A stretch of 64,000 nucleotides of DNA from Oikopleura dioica (lineage: Eukaryota; Animalia; Chordata): contig OU015568.1 in assembly GCA_907165135.1 (NCBI GenBank), positions 6,696,001 through 6,760,000 on the forward strand, given 5' to 3'. This document shows positions 38,198 through 48,468 of the stretch, piece by piece. The notes under the pieces were generated by a model. That model ran no database searches and was not told where the DNA came from. It was given only the letters and a program-made list of their open reading frames with translations. Position numbers and translations under genes: made by a program. Each line of letters opens with the position of its first letter. The stretch's first letter is position 1.

Positions 38198-38771
38198 TTA
38201 GCATTTTTCTGGATACTGACCACCAAAGCGTTTCGATCTCAGTCTTTTCTCCCATCCGTTTTCAGTGCAAACAATAACTTGGTTTAAGCCTCTTGAGAAG
38301 GAGTCACACTTCGCATTACATACGCGAATATTATACCTCCTAAATTTATTTTTATCTAAATGCCTTGCTCGATCTTTGCAATCCCATGATCCGTTCTCGA
38401 TTGGGAAGAGTTTTGGAACGTCATCGAGGTGGCATAAATTCTTGACTGAGGCAATTTGCGTTGATTATTGGTCGCTCGCCTCCGACAAAATCATCCTCAT
38501 CGTTATTGCAATAGCCATTGCAAACCCAGCGTTTTGCTTCAGCATCATCAAAACCAGCATTCGATGGCGGAAAACCAACTCTTTTCTTGCAATTCCAAAA
38601 CCCATTTTTGATTGGATTCAATTCTTGAAGCTTTAATTTTTTGAAATAAATACTCAGATTGTCTGTTTAACGAACCTCTGTTATGACACTCAAGCAGTCT
38701 CCTCCTATAACGACTCTCGACTCTTCATCCGAAGCTGCGGTAGCTAGAAAAAAAGCGGAAAAAAGCTTCAT
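38198..38771 (-). CDS. Small secreted protein with two CCP-like modules; apparent frameshift at ~38450
   Basis: Signal MKLFSAFFLATAAS; modules PIKNGFWNC..WVCNGYC and PIENGSWDC..IRVCNAKC..CTENGW are in different frames with no plausible intron between them. Confidence 0.6.
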
Positions 38772-39036
38772 TTTATGACAAGATATAGAAATGAATTTCC
38801 AGCAAGCTGACTATTTTTATAAAGAATACAGGTGGCGCTAGAACAATCCCACACAAGTATTCCCACGGAGAGTCTTTTTGTCAGGCTTGACCTGCGAGTT
38901 TGGAATGTTTAGGCTAATCAGATTTAACCGTACGCGGGACACGCGCGAAACAATATCGCTGATATGAACTCATAATATACATAATGTATGGAATTTCCAT
39001 TAGAAATGAGAGCATGAAAAACTGTTTTATTCTAAT

Positions 39037-40105
39037 TTACAGATTTGATTGATTAAAACTCATTCTCAGATTATGATTGTTTGGGTGGACATTTACATAA
39101 TCGTGATCCTCGACAAGACCACTCGGAATGAAGACGTCATAATTTCTGTCGAAATTAGTCGTCATCGAAGGAATATAGTCTCCGCCGAAGACATCTTCGT
39201 TGAGCTCTTCGTCCATAGCTGGATTTTGAAAACCTTCATTGTGAGGAGCGTCAGCGTACTCTCTGTCGGACTGTCTGTCTCGTAAGATGTGCTTGAGATG
39301 ATCGTTTTTTCGAAAGAGTGATCCAGATATCATCAAGAATCCGCCAATGAAGCTCAAAACGGATGAGACGATGCCTAGGAAAAAAATTTTAATTGACGAT
39401 TTTGATCGATTTTGATTGAATCTTACCTAGAATAAAACCAGTATCCGCTTCCATGGTGATACTATCCGCTCTTGGCTCTCTGAGTCCAATATAAGGACTT
39501 AGGGAATCGTACGTTTCGCGAAACCTCAGCACCATGTAGTAATACCAAGTCATCACCGAAGCAAAAAAGAAAATACCGCTTATTAAACAGCCCAGACCAG
39601 CCAAAATGCCGAAAAATCTCTTCGTTGATATCAACAAGTTGAAATCGCTCTCATACGCGTCTGAAGAGTTGAAAACGCCGAACGTAAGAAATGATATTTT
39701 TGAATTTCGAAGTCTTGGCTCGAGTCGAAGTGGAAGATGGTTGGAGAAAAGACTGTTCATTCCAATTATGAACGCGAAAAACCAGAAAATCATTGATGAA
39801 ATTCCAAGCCCTCTTGAAGATTTGATGAAGGGCGGGGTCATCGTAAAGATCCTTTGAAAAGATTCTTACAAGTCTAAATTTCAAGTAGAAACTTACTCAG
39901 AATAGGGAATGCAGAGAGCAGAGCTAGAGCTCCCACCAATTCCACGATCTCGCATCGAGCACTTACTCCAGAGCCCGTAAACATGAGTCACCGCAGTGGT
40001 GTCTGGATTTTGCTTCGACCAAAAGTCCAAGCAAAGACAAACCAAGAAGAATATTCCGCAGCAGATGTGTAGTAGAAAACCGATGAGTTGAAATCGAACA
40101 TTCAT
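39037..40105 (-). CDS. Claudin/PMP22-like tetraspan protein, downstream copy
   Basis: TM1, then FW...YGLWSKC...LC extracellular motif, further TMs and a cytoplasmic tail with NPA motif. Confidence 0.8.
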
Positions 40106-40147
40106 TTCTCAATCATCTGAATCAGAATAAATCAAGTTTCGTTTAAT

Positions 40148-41184
40148 TTATAAGTCGTTGTTGTCAAAAGAGCTGGGAATATAAGCAGGATTTCTGAAAT
40201 TTTCATTTGATTGGTAGTTTCTTTCAGTGGCCTTTTCAAGGCTCTTTTGAGTGAGATATGTTCTCGAGCTCCACCAAATTAGCACTCCGTTGACTATCAA
40301 TAGAATCGCGAAAACAAGAGCTAGAATACATCAACAAAACAATTATCATTCTTTATTTACCAGCATAGATAACAGGTTCTAATTTCTGTTCGTTAAAGTC
40401 TGCTCCCCAAACTCCAAACGTTCCAGTTAGAGTTTCCGCTTTCAATTCTTTATGAGTGTTCTCAAAGTCAAAGACGTAGCGGACCATCCAGAAACAAATT
40501 GCGACGATCGAAAATGCTCCGCTGACGACAGAAAGCACGCTCGAGAAGATGCAGAATAATCGTTTGTTTCTCATGTTTCGCTGGAGGCAATTTGTGCAGG
40601 ACATTCCAACAAGCTGGGTGCATAGAGCTAGAAACCAGCAGACGGACGAAAGGAGGAGAAATATTCGTACGGCGATTATGCCCTCTTTTTTACAGTTACA
40701 GTTATACGTTTGTGATAATATTTGTTTGTAAAGATGTAAGGTACCCTGGAAAAGTCGCCGAATGTCGCTGAATGTCGCCAAATGTCGCCGAATGTCCAAA
40801 AGTTTCTTTTGAAATTTATGCATTGAAAACCAAATTTCTTCTCGAAAATTCTGTTTTCAAAAATAATCGGCGACATTTGGCGACATTCCGCGACATTTCG
40901 CGACTTTTCCAGTGTCGCCCGAAGATGTAACCATAGCTGGAATTCCAACTTGAAGTTTATCGTAACTCCTGTAACCTCCATCTTTCCCCTCGATTGTCAG
41001 GGACTTTTTCCAAATTCCGTATCGCCAAATTTCATCGCCATCTTCTTCAAAGCTCCAGTTTCCGATTACGAAGACGATTGTGATGAAAAGGCCACAGAAG
41101 AGGCAAATTATGAATTCTGAGTATTCAAGACCTGAGTGTTAACTGCAAATTACCTAGAATTTGTATGCTGGCTGTGGAAGGCAT
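40148..41184 (-). CDS. Claudin/PMP22-like tetraspan protein, upstream copy
   Basis: W...YGIWKK loop, IIAVRIFLLLS, LVGMSCTNC, TM3 and TM4, NPAY tail. Start codon uncertain. Confidence 0.75.
40744..40914. mobile_element. MITE with AATGTCGCC subterminal repeats, in a claudin intron
   Basis: TIR CTGGAAAAGTCGC / GCGACTTTTCCAG, with inverted arrays of AATGTCGC / GCGACATT. Confidence 0.75.
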
Positions 41185-41721
41185 AGCAGAAGTTTGTTCT
41201 CTATTTGAAAAGATCGCGAAGTTAAAATAATTGAACGAAATCTGGAGACAATGACGAGACAATAAGAAAGGGAAAGGGCTATAAAATCAGCCGCGTAAAA
41301 TCATTGTAAGCCTACCAGTCAAACAAATGCCTTCTGAATACCGTTTATCCTCCATAAATTAGGACCTCCCTAATGGCCAACAAAATACACTATGCACGTC
41401 GATGCATGAATATTAATTAAATTCGCTTCCGATAATTGCCTAAGTGTCCATTAAAGTGCGAATTATATAGATTACACTGTAGTCCATCCATCAGTTTGAT
41501 TTTCTGCAATTTTAAACAACAGTCCGTTTTTTCGTCAATTAACAGGCCGCGAAAAAAAAGAAGAGGTTGAGGGCTTCTTACGCTTCAGCTGCATTAGCGC
41601 CATCTCGTTATTTTTTCCTGTTGTTCTTGGACGGTCACAAGTCAGTCTCTCGCGCCCGTTTTCGTTTATATTCAATCGGAAAAGAGAACAAAGCAAGGAG
41701 AAGAAGAAGCAACTTGCCAGG

Positions 41722-44039
41722 ATGGAATATGTTTCCGAACTTAGGTGATTATTTTTTTTTCTGATTAAAATCAAGGAAGATTTTTCAGCGAATCCGAGCT
41801 AGCCTGCTCCCGGGAACAGTGGCAACACTATCTGCATTCGATCAACGCTTCGGAACTCATCGGCGAAAATGAAATGTTGTTCCACTTCTGGACAGGGTTC
41901 AACAGCTTTTCTTCATTCTCTCGCGACCGTAACGAGTCACTAATGCGTATTGATCCCGCACAAACCTCATGGGTATACATTCACGCCAACTTTTTGTGAA
42001 CAAAAATGACCGGAATGAATGAGTAGTAGTAGGAATAATTGATTGGAATGAAGTCACTGTAGATCGCTATAAATTCTAATTCTAAAGTATTGAACTCTTG
42101 AAAAAGGGTCGAAATTCAGCGAACCGAGCCCACTCTCATGCGACTTTTCGACGCATTCATTACTTCCGCAGTGAAGGAAATCAGAAGCTTGGCGTGCGAC
42201 AAGTCCATTCTTCTGGAAAGCAGAAAATTGTCAAAGCTGCAGATGAAGAAGCTATATGACGAGATGAATACATTCATTTCTGATGAGCGCGACCGTCTTG
42301 GAAGAGAAATGACTTCGCAGCTGATCCGTAAACTTGAAGGTAGAAATAATTTCTGAGCTCACAAATCAACAAATTCTAGAGCAGCAGAATCAGCAAAACA
42401 CGGAAGTCTTCATTCTTTCGAAGGAAAAAGAAGTTATTGAGCAAGAACTTGACCATCTAAAAGGCCTGACTACGACGCAAAAAGACCAACTCGAAGAATT
42501 CTCCGAAACGCTGGAAAGACTGACCATCAAGGAAGAAGAGCTGCATTTGAGAAACAAAGAACTAGAACTGGAAAACATGAGGCTGCAAAATCAACTGAAA
42601 AACTCGCAATTTGACCTCCAGCACCACCAATTACTTTGCGAAAAATTAGTTACTGAAGCTTTGAATGAAGAAGACAGACTCAAAGGTTCATCGGACTTCT
42701 TGGTCATTTATGATTTTTAATGAATTCAGGGACGATTGACAGTTTGAAGAACAAATTATCACACTCTGCCAGTTTGAGTTTTACAGAAGTTTACAGCCAT
42801 CCTGCACAGGAATGCGTTTTTTTCCCTAGAATCTATTGGCTGAATATTTTAAAGAACGCATAAACAGTCGATAAAAACTCCCGATCGTCTGTACAAAGTG
42901 ATCATGCTTGGCGACTCTAACGCTGGCAAAACTTCGATTATAAATCGATACACAAGAGATCAGTTCACGATGACGGAACCAACTATTGACATAAGTTATC
43001 GGATGAAAGCTCAGCTTACTGCCAGGGGACTTATATCGCTGCAAATATGGGACACAGCAGGCCAGGTAAATCAAAAGTCCCAAAAGAATTTCTCAATTTT
43101 CCTACGAACCAGAATTGCTTCATTTTTGCTGAGTTGAGCTGAGCTGAGCTAGCCTTTTTTAGGGTAGTTGAGCTGAGCTGAGCAGACCCTTATTAGAGCT
43201 CACCTGAGCTGGTTGAGCTGAGCTCAGCTTAGCTGTTTTCAACTGTGTTTTAAGTAGAAAATTTGTGTTAAAATCATTGAGCTGAGCTGAGCTAAATGAT
43301 TACTCTCTGAGCTAAGCTGAGCAGATCATGTTCGAAAATAATTGAGCTGAGCTGAGTTGAGAGAGAATCGTCTGAGCTGAGCTGAGCAGATCAGGTCATT
43401 TTCAAAAATCACTGAGCTGAGCTGAGCGGCTGCTCAGCTCACTCACCTCAGCAAATTTGCAACTCTGCCACGAACTAAAGAATAAAAGAGTAAGATCTAC
43501 ACTGTAGATTCTACAGTAGCCGAAACTAAAATTATTCCCAAAGGAACGATTTCGCTCAATCCCTCGGTGCTACTTTAGAAAGGCTGATGGTGTCCTGGTT
43601 TGTCCCATTACCTTCCTTCTCTCGACAATAAAAAGACTGGTTTTAGCTTGTTTATGATGTCACCAATACACAAAGCTTGCTGAATGTTCGGCGATGGCTG
43701 AATGACCTGGATGATATTACTCAAAAAATGATCGTAGGAAATAAAGTCGATCTCGCCAAAGATCGCCTGGTAACGGCTGATCACGGGCGAAAGATGGCTG
43801 ATGATCTTGATTGCGAGATGATCGAGGTTTCAGCCAGAACTGGCTTCAATATTCCCCAGGCCTTTGAAAAGCTCTCGAGGCTCATGCAGGAAAATGAAGA
43901 CGCAGAGGTAAGCGAGTGGATAAATCATAATCTCGGGATCATTTGCCTGTAGCTCGCCATGATTACCAGATCAAATACCAAAATTGCCCTGGCTTTCGAC
44001 CCGACCTCGGACGAAAAGACCTACTCCTCCTGTTGCTAA
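41722..44039 (+). CDS. Large Rab GTPase of the RASEF/CRACR2A/Rab44 type (coiled coil + C-terminal Rab domain)
   Basis: EPTLMRLFDAFI...LYDEMNTFISDER resembles the proximal region of CRACR2A/RASEF; coiled coil; PDRLYKVIMLGDSNAGKTS, WDTAGQERF, GNKVD, EVSAR; ends SSCC*. Confidence 0.85.
43110..43467. mobile_element. hAT-type MITE, AGCTG family, in a Rab intron
   Basis: CAGAATTGC ... GCAAATTTGCAACTCTG. TSD CTACGAAC/CCACGAAC. AGCTG pentamer arrays. Confidence 0.9.
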
Positions 44040-44219
44040 ATACTCCCGTGCCATGAAAAAAGAGTCGTTACTATGTTTTCGCTGAAAACTATGCTGCGAA
44101 AAAAAACGCTCTTCGAACAATAAAAGTGGTTGCATTATACTATCAATGCATTTATAATATCAAGGCCTTTCTTCTCAAAAAACGTGAGAAGCGATTTTTT
44201 TCGCGCGAGTTTTTCTTTG

Positions 44220-47200
44220 ATGAGGAAAGACGGGCAGAGAGTCGAGTTTGTTGAGCAAAGTCTTCCGGATTTGCGGTAATAACAATTGCTTTAATAAGAA
44301 GCTTATTTTTTCTTTGAATTTATTCAGAATCGAGTACAAGCTCCCCAAAGTCACAGGCGCAGAAATTCGTAAGCATAAAGAAAAGAAGCGAGTGAGCGTG
44401 CCGATAGAAGAGACAATTAGGCAGTTAGCAAATCAGTTTTTTCTTCCCGGAAAATGGGAATTTTTGCTAACTGAAGAGAGGAGCAGTGTTTGGAAAAAGC
44501 GCTAGAATAGGAACCAACACTGCAAAACCAAAACCACAATTAATTAAATTGTGGAGTTCTTTTAATTCTTTCATAATCCAGCTGGTCCTTTTATGAGTTC
44601 ACAAACAGCCGGCCTTACTATTGAGAAAAACACTGACTTAGACTTGACACTGCCTTTCGGAATAATCGACGAGATTTGCTCACAAAGCTTGCTTTCAGAA
44701 GAATTGTAAACGTTTTTTGACCTTTTAAATATTCTGAAAGTAGTCGTTGTTGACAGAGAACAAGTTTTTGGAGCGTAATTTTGAGCTTCCAAGGTCAGAG
44801 ATAAAATAACAAAAATTATCGATTTCGAGAAATTTTCAATTAAAAAAATCTCCGAAAAAAAGAGCACCAAAGCCACTTTATCCCGCCGAGAAAAAATTAG
44901 AAAAAACGACCTCTTTTCAAAACAAGTCTCGGTTTTGAAAATAAACTGAAAAAATTCCGACACTGAAATTTTCAAGCCGTCAAAATAGGTCCGCTCGATA
45001 TCAAGGACAATCGGAAAGGCGTCTCAAATCTCAAAAATGCTCGTTTCAGAGGGTAACGCGCTTGACACTCTGAGAGCGGCAGTCATAGCTTCTAACAACT
45101 TTCCCGCGAAGACTAACTAAACATAATCTTGAAATCTGCTCCACAAAAAGAGCCTTTCCATAACCACCGTTTATTATTTCTGCAGTGTCTTCTACTAACC
45201 AAGCTTCGAAATTGAAGACATAGAAGAGTACCTCAAAACATGAATCGAAGGAGAGCGATTTCAATTTTTATAGGAAGCCGAACATGCGATCGTCTTCCGA
45301 ATATGCAGAGAAAAATGACAGTTGTCGACATTCAGCGATTTCAGCGATCGCAAAAGGCTCGAGAAAGATGGCGGCGAAATTTGAAAACGCTCAGATTGCT
45401 TTGTGGGAATGGTTTTTTTTGTCATTTTTAAACATTTTATGATATAAAATTTTGGCTTTTTTATTTATTCAATTTGTCACTTACTTTTCAAATTTCAAAT
45501 TTGGAAATTTATATTTTATTTATACAAGTGCGTAAAAGTCTTTTGTTCGCGAAAAATCGACATTCAAAAATTCGAGAAATTCTCAAAAAAGAAACCATCA
45601 AAAGAGTCTGCATCGCCTGTAAGAAAGCGCTAGAATCCGTGATTCCCAGCGACTCGTGGCAATCAATAACAACAGGAAAAGAGTGGGAACGCTTCTTATC
45701 AAAAAACGATAGAACACCTACGTTAATACAGGAGGCTCGATTGCTTCTGTTGTGTTGACGGAGAGATAAAGTCGGCCAATTTCAGTAATTCAGTTTACGA
45801 TAGAAAGCTGTCACTTTGCGTTTGCACAAGCTCGATATCGATAAAAACGACTCAAAGTATTTTCCAGCGACTTTTTTTTTCACATAGAGTTCCTAAATCT
45901 AAGAGATGAAAAGAAAAGTCAGAAAAAACTCTCTTCAATTCGACACATCGTTTTTCAGATCTCGGACTTTGCGGACAGAGATTTTAAATCGACAGCAGAA
46001 ACATATTCTTACTTCAAAGCCTGATGGTATTTTCTTGGCTCTGAAACCTGTGCAGAAAACCTGAGTCAGGGTTTGAAAGATCATTAATGGAAAGCTGCGT
46101 AGCGGCTTTTAAAAAACGAAGCCAAAAAGCTTCAAAATAGCTTTCCAATTGACCTGACAGACCCTGACTCAGGTTTTTACACAGGCTGCCGAGCCCAGGG
46201 TAACTTTACCCATTGCCAATGGGCCATTGGAAACTCTAACGACGATAATTTTAGTGAGGCAAGATGAAGACATCATTGCAGTCGTTAGAGGCCTCCAAGC
46301 GCTGGAAGAATTCACCTTCTATTCAAAAACAGTACAGTATGAATTCGCCAAATACGCATTCTTGGAGACATACGGACCAAACAGAGTTATTTTCAAAGAA
46401 CGGCATCGAGCTGATTTTCTGTACATTGTTATAAAAGGTGATCAAACAGTTGGATCAACATTTATTCATTTTTTCAGGAAAACTGATCTACAGAAATGCA
46501 ACGGAATCGACTGTCATCGGAAAAGGTGAAAAAATCGGCGAAGACGAAATTATCGGAAACCGACTTCGAGGCGGTACTTTGACGACTCAGTCTGATGAAG
46601 TCCAGTTGCTCTCATTGCACAAAGAATATTTCGATGAAATTACCATCGGTAATGCTCTTATAAATGTCAAAATATCTTACTTTTTCGCAGCTGAGAACCA
46701 AAGAGGAACGCAGCTAAGAGAGATCATTGCCAGATCATCTGTTCTGAGACTCTGGCCGACGCAAGAATTACTCAACAGACCTCAAGATTGGATCATTCGA
46801 AATTACAAAGCCGACAGTTGGATTTCGGAAGACCTCTGGAACGACGACTGGGTTTACATCGTCAAAAGTGGCTTTTGCGTCGTCGCCAAGGGAATGGACG
46901 AGATTGAAATGCACCTTCATTCGCACAAGAAGAAACTGAGAAGAAAACGGCGCGAGAAAATGAAGCAAGATCTAATTCACCGGAAGTTCGGCGGTGGAAT
47001 CGTCCAGAGGTACAAACGCAAATTTTGATAAAAACTCTGATCTTTTGTTTGCTCAGTTCAAATGCTTTCCGGCCACTGCAGTCACGTGGAATGGCTCCGA
47101 GGGACTGGAGTTCACAGCGAGCAATGCATGAAATGGACTCAAATATCATCAGGTAAGAGATAGCTTTGACTTCTATAACAAGAGTTGCAAATCTTGTGAG

Positions 47201-47892
47201 CTGGCTGAGCTGAGGTATCTGAGCTAGCTGAGCTACAGCTCAGCTCAGCTCAGGAATTTTGAAGGTACGGTCAGCTCAGCTCAGCTCACTTTTTTTAAAG
47301 AAAGCTAGCTAAGCTCAGCTCAAATGTTTTTCAAAAAGAGCCAGCTCAGCTCAGCTCAGCTCAATTTCGACCTCAGCTCAGAAAAAATTTTCAAAAATTT
47401 GCGACTCTGTCTATAACCGCTGTTCAGGGAGCTAAGAGCGGGCAAAAGCAACGACTCAAAATGGTTCGTGGCAAAAGAACTTCACCCTGGCGATGTTGCC
47501 GCAGTCGACAGCTTGACAGACACAGAGAATCAAATTAACCCCCGACTCGCCCTCGTGACCTCTCAAGGGACAGAACTCCTTCAGATAAAAAGAAAAACAT
47601 TTCAAGTGCGTTTACTAACTGTCTCTCTAGTTTAAACAAGCATTATCTTTATAGCGATTCATTTCCGCAGACTTGAACAGCCTCCTGACGATAATGTCGA
47701 ACTCGTATCCGTCGTTTGACGATCTTCAGCGATCAAGAAATCATCATATTGAGTGGCAAATGTACAAAGCCGCCGTTTTAGCTGGGGCAATGAAGGTTTT
47801 TCTTTCAAAAAATACAACTTTCATAACAAAAATTTTAGGCTCCCAGATCACACAGAATCAAGCTCCAGCCACTCAGTTTCTCTGTTGCCTAA
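44220..47892 (+). CDS. Cyclic-nucleotide-binding-domain protein (CNBD1/CNBD2-like)
   Basis: RQDEDIIAVVRGLQALEEF...YGPNRVIFKERHRADFLYIVIKG, GEKIGEDEII...RGGTL; second cNMP-like domain DWVYIVKSGFC. Confidence 0.8.
46034..46198. mobile_element. MITE, CTGGGCTC family, copy 4, inserted at a 5' splice site
   Basis: Same TIR arms as copy 1. TSD GGTATTTT/GGTAACTT (6/8 match) coincides with the exon-intron junction at 46026/46027. Confidence 0.85.
47180..47409. mobile_element. hAT-type MITE, AGCTG family
   Basis: AAGAGTTGCAAAT ... ATTTGCGACTCTG. Perfect TSD TCTATAAC. Confidence 0.92.
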
Positions 47893-47962
47893 ATAAACTC
47901 ATGCATATTTCAAACTTGGTTTTCCTCCATGATTTCAATGAAATTCGGATTGAAATTTATTA

Positions 47963-48133
47963 TCAGCCATAAATCATTAAGCCTTTGTCATCGACTTGCT
48001 TTGAAATTTGAGAAAGAATTCTTCCAAGCGAAAGAGTCCATTCGTCGTCCATATTGTCAAAGAGACGAAACACAGTAGACCTTCCTTCGCAGAGCTGAAG
48101 AACAATCCAAAGAAAAAACAGATGGAAGCTCAT
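47963..48133 (-). CDS. Small secreted peptide candidate
   Basis: MSFHLFFLWIVLQLCEG signal-like segment followed by a 39-aa region ending KGLMIYG*. Confidence 0.35.
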   Translation of the reverse strand: MSFHLFFLWIVLQLCEGRSTVFRLFDNMDDEWTLSLGRILSQISKQVDDKGLMIYG

Positions 48134-48468
48134 TTCTCTCAGTAAAAATATGGTCTTATTCAAAAGGCCTTGTCTAAAGTAGAAGTCCTCTTTGCAGCTG
48201 ATTAACTCAGGCCAATTAGCCAGACAATTATCCTCTTATTTCAGACTTTTTAAACTGCAGTTTTCCAAATTGATGATGCATAAATTAATTTTAGACTTCA
48301 TTTAAGATGAATTATATTTTGACATGCACGAGAATCTCGTGACGAGATGATGCAACTAAAATGATTAAACTAAGATTCGAAAGATTTATTTTTTATAAAG
48401 CTTGTTGAAGAAAATTAATATGATGGTTCAATACTATCAACTTATTGACAGAATATACTGACGTTTTT

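Noticed and set aside
43135-43450. AGCTG/CTCAG periodic arrays (also at 47200, 54010 and 55450) as CRISPR or satellite
   Set aside because: No unique spacers, eukaryotic context, and each array is bounded by TIRs and 8-bp TSDs, so they are MITE subterminal repeats.
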